The notes beneath the pieces were generated by a model. It was not told where the DNA came from and made no database searches. It saw only the letters and a program-made list of their open reading frames with translations. 64,000 bases of DNA from a virus (Duplodnaviria; Heunggongvirae; Uroviricota; Caudoviricetes): IMG/VR virus record IMGVR_UViG_3300023179_000049. One strand, given 5' to 3'. A program made the translations under genes and the position numbers. This document shows, piece by piece, positions 39,498 through 49,900 of the stretch (the stretch's first letter is position 1; each line of letters starts with the position of its first letter).

Positions 39498-40289
39498 TTA
39501 GTTTTTAAATAAATCGTCAAATGCACTAGAAATATCCTCTACTGATTTTGTTTCAGCGGGCTTTGTAGGTGTCGACACTTTAGCTTCTGTACCTGTAGAT
39601 GCTGTTCCTTCTTGAACTCCTTCGGTATCGCGATTTAACCAATTGGTCAATACTACCTTTAAATCTTCATATGAAGGTTCTTTAAAGATTTCTGTTAAAT
39701 TTTTCTGACCAGTTGCAATCTTTGTGATAATTTCCTTATCTGTATGTACCGGAGTTTGATTTGGTTTAATACGAATAGAAGTTTCTGGAAAATCTTTTCC
39801 CGTTTGTTCTTTAGTTTTAAATTCTACTGTAATGTCTCTTCCATTAACTGGGTCTGTAATATCACCGTAATCTGGGTCTGCAATAAATGCTAATAATTCT
39901 TGGTATACTGTTTTACCAAATCCCCAATACTTAACACCTTCATGTTCTTTTCCACGAATAACGATTGGAGCGTATACGCGCATTTTAGGTTCGATCTTTT
40001 TACCTAATTTCCATTCTTCTTTTTTTCCTGTAGATTGAAGCTTTTCTGCGAACTCAACTACTGGATCTGGTTTGCCAAATGTAGCTGGAGATAAATACTG
40101 CTTATTTCCAAATTCATAATGGAAATAAAGTTCATTAAATGGATTGTCTTTGTTGAATTGATAAGGTACAATTCTAACTACTTGTGTACCTGGTTCTGGT
40201 TTCCATAAGGTGTCTTGTCTTTCACCTTTTCCTGTGTTTTTTTGCAAATCGCCTAGTTTCGCGCGAATTGCGTCTAAATTAATCGCCAT
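39498..40289 (-). CDS. single-stranded DNA-binding protein (T4 gp32-like)
   Basis: N-terminal 'LWKPEPGTQVVRIVP' resembles gp32 '[20 protein letters not shown]'; acidic C-terminal tail 'SAFDDLFKN'. Confidence 0.55.
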   Translation of the reverse strand: MAINLDAIRAKLGDLQKNTGKGERQDTLWKPEPGTQVVRIVPYQFNKDNPFNELYFHYEFGNKQYLSPATFGKPDPVVEFAEKLQSTGKKEEWKLGKKIEPKMRVYAPIVIRGKEHEGVKYWGFGKTVYQELLAFIADPDYGDITDPVNGRDITVEFKTKEQTGKDFPETSIRIKPNQTPVHTDKEIITKIATGQKNLTEIFKEPSYEDLKVVLTNWLNRDTEGVQEGTASTGTEAKVSTPTKPAETKSVEDISSAFDDLFKN

Positions 40290-40383
40290 TTTTCTTTTTG
40301 TTTTTAATTGTTTAACTTACTAAATATCTAACTGATATCTAAATTTCTTATCTAATATAATATCTTATCTCTTATTTTCCTAA
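40290..40383 (-). promoter_or_regulatory. promoter-like region upstream of SSB gene (motif variant)
   Basis: Minus strand contains 'ATTAGGAAAAT' and 'TATATTAGATAAGAAAT' resembling the conserved intergenic motif. Confidence 0.3.
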
Positions 40384-40770
40384 TTATTTTATATGAATTA
40401 TTTTGTATATTTGCAATTCATGTAAAATTAATTTCTTATCTGTTACTAAAATAGCCGTATTTGAATAATCTTCCCAATTCACTTTATAATTCTTATCTAA
40501 TATATTATTATTAAGTGATTTTATCAAGAAATTTAATCCATTAATGGTATAAAGCGTATTAGTTTCTTTTCTTCTGTGTATTGAAATAGTGTTATCTAAC
40601 AAATCATTAAGATTGCCAGACTCTATATTGTACGTGCAAGCCAACTCAGGATTCTCGCTCATTTGCAGAACAAAAATTTTACCGTTAAGTATATTATAAT
40701 TACTTACGATATTATCAATTGTTGGTTGTAAATCATTCTCTAAAGTGAATGTGCAAAGTAAACGTATCAC
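40384..40770 (-). CDS. hypothetical protein
   Basis: 128-aa ORF. Confidence 0.4.
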   Translation of the reverse strand: MIRLLCTFTLENDLQPTIDNIVSNYNILNGKIFVLQMSENPELACTYNIESGNLNDLLDNTISIHRRKETNTLYTINGLNFLIKSLNNNILDKNYKVNWEDYSNTAILVTDKKLILHELQIYKIIHIK

Positions 40771-40821
40771 GTATATAGATTATTTATTATAAATATCTAC
40801 ATACTTACATTTTTTAAGTTA

Positions 40822-42465
40822 TTATAGTCGTATGTACCCATTAACCCATGGGAGTAATTTTTCTAACTGCTCTTCAGAATAGTTTGCTGCTAGTGGCGTA
40901 TCCCATATCATAAAATTTCCGTTAACGGTTAAATTTTTAGGTACTTCCATAAGATTTGTATTACGTGCATTTAATCCTTTACCCACGGATAAATTATCTG
41001 GCAAAGATGTAATTGCTGTATATGATATATTTAAGTTATTGCCCACGGATAAATTATCTGGTAAAGATGTAATTTTTGTGCCGCTTAAATCTAAATCTCC
41101 TCCTACTTTTATATTAGCTGGTATAAAATTAATTTTAGACCCACATTGCAAATCTTGACCTACAATTAAATTATTTGGTAAAGATGTAATTTTTGTCCCG
41201 CTCAAATATAAATTACCATTTACTGTTAAATTATTTGGCAACGATGTAATAGGAGTATTTTCTAAAAATAAATTACCATTTATTGTTAAATTGTCAGGTA
41301 AAGATTTAATTTTAGTATCTGAAAGTATTAAATCATGTTTAACTATTAAATCTGCTGGCCATGGATATGTAAAGGTACTTTCTTTTGGTTTATAATCTAT
41401 ACTTGCTAAATAATCTGCTCTAGATTGTCTATACGGTATACTTTTATTAGGTAATCCATCAAATATTTTATATGGAATATTTAAATTTTGAAGTACTAAA
41501 GACATTTTTTTTATTTTTGCTGTATTTGATTTAGATTTTTTGTTATTTGTAAAAATATCAATTCGTTTAAGATACTGCATAAAATAAAAATTTTTACCAT
41601 TAACTACAATCTGTTCCTCTCCTAAATCTTCCTCGTCCCAAGAAAATGGTCTAATTTTATATTTATTGCTAATCTTATCACCATCTAGTTCCAATCTAAC
41701 AATAGGAACTTCACTCATATCATTATTTCTATCTTCAGATTCCTCTCCTCCAAAAATAGTGTCCATATTTGGTCTTATAGACGTTGATATTTGATTTTCA
41801 TGGTTAGGCATTAAATATTGAGTTTTTAATATTTTATCTAAATTTGTTATAGGTGTGAAATGGTATAAATTTCCTCGTTGCTTAGCTTCATTTAATACTC
41901 CTTTTAAAATGCTAGATAATTTCATAGGATCTATTTTTCTTTTTATTTGTGTTTTTAACCAATTAAAATATTTTTGATTAGATACAAAATATTTTGTTGC
42001 ATTACCAACATCACCATAATGTAATGTTATACTTCCATCAGAATTTATCGTAAAGTCAGCATCTCCGAACATATCTTTCGGGGCTATTTTAAGTAACATT
42101 TTAAGAATAAAAGAATTTGGAGTTGTAAATCCTAGCTTATGCATCATTGGTAAAATATCTTTTGAAACCATTCCCCAAATAGGTTTGTTTAAAGATTTTA
42201 ATTCATTAAATCCATTTAAAATACTTCGAATATTTCCTCCTATTACAGTTAATTTATATATTCCATTTCCTATAGGTCTTGCAGCAACATATCCTTGTTG
42301 ATCTCCAAAAAACTGCCAATCCATAGCCTTATCAAAAAATGTATGTGATTTCCACGATGTACCGACACTTTTTTCATAAGAATTTTTATATAAATTGTAT
42401 ATATTGTCCAGTTCTTCACTCGTGAGGTCTTCCAAGTCAAATACTTCAAATATTTTATTATTCAT
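40822..42465 (-). CDS. LRR-like repeat protein (paralog of 28289..29608) with distinct N-terminal domain
   Basis: C-terminal ~7 tandem ~21-aa repeats 'TKITSLPDNLSVGxNLxL'; conserved tail 'YSEEQLEKLLPWVNGYIRL'. Confidence 0.6.
   Translation of the reverse strand: MNNKIFEVFDLEDLTSEELDNIYNLYKNSYEKSVGTSWKSHTFFDKAMDWQFFGDQQGYVAARPIGNGIYKLTVIGGNIRSILNGFNELKSLNKPIWGMVSKDILPMMHKLGFTTPNSFILKMLLKIAPKDMFGDADFTINSDGSITLHYGDVGNATKYFVSNQKYFNWLKTQIKRKIDPMKLSSILKGVLNEAKQRGNLYHFTPITNLDKILKTQYLMPNHENQISTSIRPNMDTIFGGEESEDRNNDMSEVPIVRLELDGDKISNKYKIRPFSWDEEDLGEEQIVVNGKNFYFMQYLKRIDIFTNNKKSKSNTAKIKKMSLVLQNLNIPYKIFDGLPNKSIPYRQSRADYLASIDYKPKESTFTYPWPADLIVKHDLILSDTKIKSLPDNLTINGNLFLENTPITSLPNNLTVNGNLYLSGTKITSLPNNLIVGQDLQCGSKINFIPANIKVGGDLDLSGTKITSLPDNLSVGNNLNISYTAITSLPDNLSVGKGLNARNTNLMEVPKNLTVNGNFMIWDTPLAANYSEEQLEKLLPWVNGYIRL
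40890..41310. repeat. tandem ~63-bp coding repeats (LRR-like units)
   Basis: Repeated 'ggataaattatctggtaaagatgtaat' units on plus strand. Confidence 0.65.
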
Positions 42466-42477
42466 ATAAATAAATAT

Positions 42478-43830
42478 CTACATACTTACATTTTTTAAGT
42501 TATTATAGTCGTAACCGGCTTGCACTTTTACTGGATATTTTCCGTTACATTCTAATATTCTTTGACATTGCTTAATATACTTACCTCCATCATCTTTATG
42601 GAAGTCGATCAATAAAGAATCATAGGTATATAATATCATCTTACTCTTAAATCCTTTGTTAAAGCTCATTAAAGTATCTAATATTCCCATAGTTTCTTCC
42701 ATCTCTAATGATTGAATAAGATAGTTAAGAAGCTTCTGAGAATTCATTTCAGTAAAGAATGTATTTTTTAATGTTCTTTTATATATTGGAGTTTCTAAAT
42801 ATTTTTGATCTTTATAAAGTTTCCAGTTAATTTTTGTAAAATCATCTACTAATTTAAAAAATGGAATTTCTAAAAACTCTTTTTCAATACCTCCGTATAA
42901 TAATTTAAAGGTTATGCCCTTACTTTGATCATATTCTTCCGGAGTTAATTCTTCTTTTCCAAAATATTGACGTCCTAAATGTTCGTGCATATTTACTTTG
43001 CCTGGAAATTGATATCCTAGTAATTCTCCTAATAATCTAATATGATAAGCATCATAATCAAACTGCAGTAAAAATCCATCTTTACCAAACCGAGACTTAA
43101 ATGATTTTCTTACTCCCGTTTCTTTATTTAGTGCCGCATAATTTACAGAATCAAATCTATTTGAAGGTCTTCCTGTTGTTGTATAAGGATTATATTCTGT
43201 ATATACAAAGTTATTTGTTATTGTTACATTTGGAAATGTTTCTTTAAGTATATCAGAATTTACATACATACCATTTATTTCTATATGATGTAAAGTTTTA
43301 ACTACATTATTATATTTTAAAAATGTGTCTGATATTGTAAATGCTTTAAATTCTTCTTTATATTCTTTAATAAGATTGCCAAACTTTTCGTGATGTTTTA
43401 CAATTGGTATAAGATGATTAAGATTTTTTAAGTTAGAGTATTTTTGATTAAAGTAATCATGCACGGAAGTATCAAACTCCTCGATATCTATAGATTTATT
43501 TGTTAAGAAGTATATTACCATATGAGCATCATATATATGATCACATGTAATCTTACTTAATAAATATTTAAGATTTAAAACAAAGCATTCTTTACTAGAA
43601 CATAATAAATCACTTAATAATGATTCTTTTATTGAAAGTGCCTCGGAATGATTAAAACTTACAATACATTCTTTGTTTATTGTAAGATCATATAAATAAA
43701 GTAATGAAAGCTCATTTATACTGTAGTGAAGAAACGGGTCTTTTAAAACCGGGGCAACAAAGATACGATGTGATTTAATCTCTGTTATAAGGTCAAATAA
43801 TTCGGTTTCGGTTTCTACAATTGGTAGCAT
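42478..43830 (-). CDS. family A DNA polymerase-like protein (polymerase domain only, divergent)
   Basis: Motif A 'LLQFDYDAYHIRLL' (DYSQIELR-like), motif B 'DQSKGITFKLLYGG' (K...F..YG), motif C 'ILYTYDSLLIDF' (HDE position reads YDS); 450 aa, no obvious exo domain. Confidence 0.55.
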   Translation of the reverse strand: MLPIVETETELFDLITEIKSHRIFVAPVLKDPFLHYSINELSLLYLYDLTINKECIVSFNHSEALSIKESLLSDLLCSSKECFVLNLKYLLSKITCDHIYDAHMVIYFLTNKSIDIEEFDTSVHDYFNQKYSNLKNLNHLIPIVKHHEKFGNLIKEYKEEFKAFTISDTFLKYNNVVKTLHHIEINGMYVNSDILKETFPNVTITNNFVYTEYNPYTTTGRPSNRFDSVNYAALNKETGVRKSFKSRFGKDGFLLQFDYDAYHIRLLGELLGYQFPGKVNMHEHLGRQYFGKEELTPEEYDQSKGITFKLLYGGIEKEFLEIPFFKLVDDFTKINWKLYKDQKYLETPIYKRTLKNTFFTEMNSQKLLNYLIQSLEMEETMGILDTLMSFNKGFKSKMILYTYDSLLIDFHKDDGGKYIKQCQRILECNGKYPVKVQAGYDYNNLKNVSM

Positions 43831-43844
43831 ACCAGAAATATAAG

Positions 43845-44396
43845 TTATTTGTTATATAACTCCAAATAATTTCTTAAGTATTTTTGTAAGCCAGGCAATT
43901 CTTCGTTATATTTACGTACAACTTTAAAGTTAGTTTGCTCAACGTCAGATTCATTTCCTGTTAATTTCCACGGAAGAGATGTTTTTAAATATAAGAATGG
44001 ATCAATTCTACTTCCTATTAAGTTCCATTGTTTTATATCAATCTCTATAATTTTGGCATCTACATTATTAGATCTTCTTATAAAATAACGTGTTACATAT
44101 CCTTGATCATAATCTTGTTTTGATGGTTGTGGATAATATTGTTGTGGAGTAACATAATCTTTTACTTTTACTGAAGTTAAAGTATCATACTTAAAAGAAG
44201 ATTGTGGTTGATATGGTATTAAATATTCAGAAGTAAATTCGTTATAACTAAAGCCAGTCATTATCATACCATCTTTATAAGTATGATAATACCCTTTAAA
44301 CTCAGTACCGTCTCGTAACATCCATTCTTTTCCTGATGTTTTAAGTCCTACTGTTATTTGGTCTTGAGGATAATATATTTTAGGTCTTTGTGCCAT
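43845..44396 (-). CDS. hypothetical protein
   Basis: 183-aa ORF. Confidence 0.4.
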   Translation of the reverse strand: MAQRPKIYYPQDQITVGLKTSGKEWMLRDGTEFKGYYHTYKDGMIMTGFSYNEFTSEYLIPYQPQSSFKYDTLTSVKVKDYVTPQQYYPQPSKQDYDQGYVTRYFIRRSNNVDAKIIEIDIKQWNLIGSRIDPFLYLKTSLPWKLTGNESDVEQTNFKVVRKYNEELPGLQKYLRNYLELYNK

Positions 44397-44463
44397 TATT
44401 TTTATTAAATTTTTGTTAAAACTTTTTCACTTTTGGCAAATTTACTTGAGTTTCTTGAGATTG

Positions 44464-46599
44464 TTAGTTTTCCTGCGATTTTTTTTGAGGGCCCCCTTCT
44501 TTTACTCTATATATAGCTTCTAATTCTGTTGTCCAATCATTATTTTGTATCATGTGACGAATTTTAGTTACTGTCCAATAAATCCTTGAATCTCTATATT
44601 GTTTTGGTAGCCAATTTGTTTTAATAGCATTTCCGTATAAAAATCCATTAATACCATCTAATGTAAGTTTAAGATAAATTGGAAATACTGCTGTTTTTAA
44701 ATTAAAAATGTTATATTTAGATAAAAACCCACCATCTGAATTTAAGGTAACTGTTTGTTGTATAGATGCCATTTTTCTATAAATAGATTTAATTTTTTCA
44801 TTCCATTTTTTTGTAGAAGAACTATTTCGGGCACCATCTGACGAAATAACATTTATCCAACGATCATTTAACGTTTTTAACTCATCTAATAAATCTCTCA
44901 TATCTACTTCTTCTTTATCAATATCAAGAGAATCTTCAGACGTATTTTCTCCGTAACTTAAACCAGCTCTAGTAAGAGTGGCTACTTCTGTTACGATAGC
45001 ATCTGGAACTTTTGATTCTATACTCATAGAACGAACAATTGAACCTTTTGTCATCATAGGAATTTCAAATGGTCTGATAGTATCAGCAAGATTTTCTGGG
45101 TCTCCAAGTAAATTTGATATTATAATTGATATAATATTACCGTTTGCATCTCTTTCTGGGTTTATTTGTAAATCTATAATACCGCCCGTATTTATTTCTA
45201 ATTGACGAAATAATGATTTTAAAAATGATAAGATTTTTTTATCTTGTAAATATTTATCCCCTCGTAAGATTTTATTAAATTCACTTAAAATAAAATTTAC
45301 ATTTATTAAAATTAAATGTTGTAACGGTATATTTGAAGACTTTAAATCTTGAACAAATGGTTCATTAGACTCTAATAACGACAATGCTAAATAAATTATT
45401 TCATCTTTTGCTCCATTTCTTTGAGTTGTAAATGCAAATTGAGATTCAATTCCAAACTCGTCAGGAAAAATCGTATTATCTACTGTTTTAATAACATTAA
45501 ATGCTTCGGCCGGGCCAGCAGATAAAAAATATTCATTTAATTTACTACCAACGCATACATTTTTATTATCTTGCGTAAATGAATAATTTGGAATTTTTCT
45601 TTTAGACATAAAATTAATTTTTTCGTTAATTAAATTAATTAAATTATCTAAAGTTATGTATGCTACATTAGAAAATTTTGTATCACCGCCTCCTAGTTCA
45701 CGCTCTAATAATAATTTATATACATAAAATATTGGTCCTGTTTTATTGTCAAATGTTGTTTTTATATTTTGAGTACCGATATTAGTACCTAAATAACCGG
45801 TTAATTGGTTGGTATAAATTTTTTTACAATACTCATTTACAATAACACCATTTTCATATAAAAAAGTTAAATTTTCTTGCACTGCTCGAAATATTTCTAG
45901 TAGACCATATGTAGCAAAATTAGTCGGGTCCGGTGTAACATTTTCGGCGTGTTTTGCATCGGTGTTCCATCCGTATGTCATTAATGACGGCCCATAAGCA
46001 TTTAATGTACAATCCCAGCTTCCATCTTCTTTAGCAGAAAATGAAAAGTTAAACACCGTCCCGCGTATATCTGATTTATTTACATATACAGGAGTACCAT
46101 CTTTTCCTTTATTGCCGGCAAATTCATCTACTGTCCAGCCCCATTCTAATCCTATATCTGCTCCTGGTCGTAAAAAACTATTCATGTAATTATCCAATTC
46201 ATCTTTATCAAATACAGTAAAATTTACTGTAATTCTTAATATTGCCCCGAAGTTATTATTTGTTCCATCGGATGTTATTTCTGCTGAATTTAATACTGCT
46301 CCCTTTAATGTTCCGTTAGATTTTGTATAATTCGACCCGTATAATTCTAATATAGGCGCAGTAGGAGTTTGTATGCGTTTAACAGGTGCTGAATCATTAA
46401 CTTTAACGACGGTTTTTTTTGTCTTCGGATCAAGCTCTACTTTTATAGACTTTAAAATAAGATATGCGGTTTTTTGATAATTCCATGCTAATGCACTATT
46501 ATTAATATGACCTTCAGGCCAATAAGCACGTTCTCTTCTATGTATTTCATCTTTAACGTCTTGAAGCGTATTATTATAAAACTGATAATTTAATGCCAT
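44464..46599 (-). CDS. hypothetical virion (baseplate-region) protein
   Basis: 711 aa, located between LysM tail protein and polymerase-like gene; assignment by context. Confidence 0.3.
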   Translation of the reverse strand: MALNYQFYNNTLQDVKDEIHRRERAYWPEGHINNSALAWNYQKTAYLILKSIKVELDPKTKKTVVKVNDSAPVKRIQTPTAPILELYGSNYTKSNGTLKGAVLNSAEITSDGTNNNFGAILRITVNFTVFDKDELDNYMNSFLRPGADIGLEWGWTVDEFAGNKGKDGTPVYVNKSDIRGTVFNFSFSAKEDGSWDCTLNAYGPSLMTYGWNTDAKHAENVTPDPTNFATYGLLEIFRAVQENLTFLYENGVIVNEYCKKIYTNQLTGYLGTNIGTQNIKTTFDNKTGPIFYVYKLLLERELGGGDTKFSNVAYITLDNLINLINEKINFMSKRKIPNYSFTQDNKNVCVGSKLNEYFLSAGPAEAFNVIKTVDNTIFPDEFGIESQFAFTTQRNGAKDEIIYLALSLLESNEPFVQDLKSSNIPLQHLILINVNFILSEFNKILRGDKYLQDKKILSFLKSLFRQLEINTGGIIDLQINPERDANGNIISIIISNLLGDPENLADTIRPFEIPMMTKGSIVRSMSIESKVPDAIVTEVATLTRAGLSYGENTSEDSLDIDKEEVDMRDLLDELKTLNDRWINVISSDGARNSSSTKKWNEKIKSIYRKMASIQQTVTLNSDGGFLSKYNIFNLKTAVFPIYLKLTLDGINGFLYGNAIKTNWLPKQYRDSRIYWTVTKIRHMIQNNDWTTELEAIYRVKEGGPQKKSQEN

Positions 46600-46604
46600 A
46601 TAAC

Positions 46605-46913
46605 TTATCTACTTTGATTAAAATTATTTATTTGAATAATATAGTCCCTATAATTATTAGGATCTGGTATACGTAATTGTTTTCCTTCTTCAATATTTAA
46701 AGTTCCTAGTCCTATATTATTAGCAGTTGCTATTATTGGCCATGCCGTTACATCTCCGTAAAATTGATTTGCTAATAAATCTAATCTATCAGATGGGTCA
46801 GTAATAACATATACATCATTATCTGATTTGTCAAAAAATGGGACAAACGTAGTTGTATATTTACGTCGCCCATTTGAATCTTTTATAATTGGAAGGTCTT
46901 GATATCTATTCAT
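46605..46913 (-). CDS. LysM-like tail protein (tail protein X-like)
   Basis: 'YVITDPSDRLDLLANQFYGD...WPIIATANNI...EEGKQLRIP' LysM-like fold signature. Confidence 0.45.
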   Translation of the reverse strand: MNRYQDLPIIKDSNGRRKYTTTFVPFFDKSDNDVYVITDPSDRLDLLANQFYGDVTAWPIIATANNIGLGTLNIEEGKQLRIPDPNNYRDYIIQINNFNQSR

Positions 46914-46980
46914 ATATTAATATATATCATGGATAGTATATTAGTTATTGAGGATTAACTTTTGGTAATATATTTGCGGT

Positions 46981-49900
46981 TTATCGTTTTACTTTAGGCA
47001 AATTAACATCCTGTGGATTAGTCGGTTTTTTCTTCGGCAATGGAGCTGGTTTAGGTACTATTTTTGTTTTTTTAGTTTTAGGCGTTTTCTTTGGTTTAGG
47101 GTCATGATTAACTGTATCATTTCCAAAATTTGTTGTTTGTCTTAAACCTCGTAATCCTTCAATTCCTAATGGATATAAATTACCTTGATTATAATGAGTA
47201 GTTATTTTACCTTCTGCTTTTTCTTCATTAATTACTTTAACTGCACTAATTTGATCTGTGTTAGATATTGTACTTTCCGGTCTTACTTCACCAAATATCT
47301 GCATTGATAATTGAACTGATACAATCATTGGTAATTCTCCAACATTATCTATACTAGGGTCACCGTATACTCCAGAATTGCCTAAGTTAATTTCCCATGG
47401 AGTTTCATTATCAACTGTATAAGTTAAAGATTTAATAAATGCAGGTGTATTAATAAACCAATTACCTAAAGTAAATTTAATTAACGGCCCTTTCATTTTA
47501 GCAGCTTTTTGATATTGAGGAACTGTCGTTCTTGCTAATCTTTCTAGTTGATCCCACATAAGCATTAAATCTCCTCTTGACAGTGCAGCAGCTTTAAATG
47601 ATATACTTAAACTACGCTCAAATCCTTGATAGATATATGGACTATCAGCACGACCTAAGATTTTTACTTCTTGCCAATTAGGACTAAAATCTTCAGATAC
47701 ATTTTCTATGTAAGCTCTAAATCTAAATCTTTCATTAGTATTTAAATCATGAAACATGAATTTTACAAAATCATCTACAGCCTCAGCAGTCGTTTGATTT
47801 ACCATCCAGATAGGGTCAATCATACCAAAATCTCTCTTGTATACTTTCATAAAAGGCCCATCTAATGGATTTTGAAGATTTTTACCTCTTTTACCATAAT
47901 CTGGTACTCTAAGTTTATCTCTTATATGTTGAGATGTTTCTGGATAATCTTGAATAACGGTACCGTAACCGAAATCTCCTTTAGTAGATATCCATTTAGT
48001 ATTAGCAACATCATCATTTAATGGCGTACCGTCAATTTTTAAAAGAAAGTTTTTAATTACGCCTGTTGAAAATATTGATGATTCAGCTGCTTTTGTTTTA
48101 AGATTATCATAATCTAGAGTATAATATTGTTGAAATGGTTCATTAGTTATTGATTTATTAGATGCGTACCCGAATTTAAATGTGCTATTATCATATAACA
48201 TATCATATAATCCAGTAAATCTCGTTAAATAATTATCATTAGAATCTGGGTTTATATATTTAACTTTATCGTTTTTACCTAATATACCACCGCCTCTTAC
48301 ATGGGTAACTACAGTACCTCTACTAGATATTGTTTTCCAACTATTACTAACTGTATATCTTTTAATAGGTGTAGTCCCGATGCCATATACTGATTGAGGC
48401 CCACCTATACCTCCTAATGCAAGTATAGGCAACCCCGGGGCATTTTTTAATAAAGAAGGATAGTTAAATATCTCATTATAAACCTTTTCTAATCTATTTT
48501 TATATGAGGGAGATGCTAATGCTAAAGAATATGTTCTTCTAGGAGCAATTGGCAATCCATCTTTTCTAAATCTAAGACCTAAATGTTGTGTAGCTGTATT
48601 AACTAATGAACTTGCTAATGTTAATGCTCCATTACCAGCTCTCTTACCAACTAAAGGATCTGCTTCTGTATTAGGAGCTGAAGCTTGAAGGCCTGCTTGA
48701 CGAGCTATAAATAATAATCCTTTAACAGAAGAAAACCATTTTCCAATACGAAGAACGTCTACAATTGCTCTTTGAGTAGATGTAACAACACCGCCTCTAA
48801 TAAATCCATCATCAAATTTCCAAGTTTCCCAAAATCTAAATCCTGTCTTTACAAAGTCTTTACGCTGTATACCAGTTAATATTAATGGTTGATTGAATAA
48901 AACTAATCCAGTATTAAATGAATTATCTCTTAAATTAAATTTAGTATATTCAATATCTAATGGCGAAGGAGAATTTCTTTTCTGTGACCATTCTCTTAAA
49001 GCATTTGTAAGATTAGTTAATTTTCCATTTACGTCTGTATATGGCGTGATATTAGTATTATATTTTCTTTTATAGATTATGTTATTTGCTGCTAAATCAC
49101 CGTCAAATTTTCTTTCTTTTCCATCTAAAAGAAATTCATTTTTACTATCTGAGTAAAAAGTACTCCTATTTAATATATTGCCTGACTTTACTGTATTTGG
49201 ATATGTATATGTTCCGGCAATCGTATTAACGCCCAAATATTGTGTTACTTCTTGATATCTAGTAAATCCTATAGCCCCAGATTCTAAATCATTAAAACCA
49301 GATAATCCTCTACCAGTAAATGATAATCTATTATTTAATCTTCCAAACTTTACCGTCTTTGGATATGTATATGTATATTTTAACCCTGATCTATTGATTC
49401 CTAGATATTGTGTTGCCGTTTGATATAATGTAAATCCTCTAGCCCCTGATTGTAAATTATCAAACCCATTTGCAGCTAATTTTTTATATAGGCTTAACTT
49501 ATCTAAAATATTAGGTCTTTGATCTTTATATAAACTTAGTTTAAGTAATGCTCGTGGAGATTGATCTTTATATAAACTTAATTTGTCAAGCAATGGAGGT
49601 AATTGATCTTTGTATAAACTTAGTTTATCTATAATAGCAGGTAATTGATCTTTGTATAAACTAAGCTTAAATATATCAATTGGTAATTGATTTTTATACA
49701 AACTAGTCTTTGTAAGATTTCTCGGAAACTGTTCTTTGTATTTACTTATTTTATCTTTTAAAATAGTTTTAAGTATTTCAATTGTAGATATATGTTGAAT
49801 ACCTCTCGGAGTTATTTTTACAAACTCTGAAGTTTTAACTATTTCTTTTACTCTTTGTTCTTTATATTGCGAAATTTTATTTAAAATAGTATCGCCGAAT

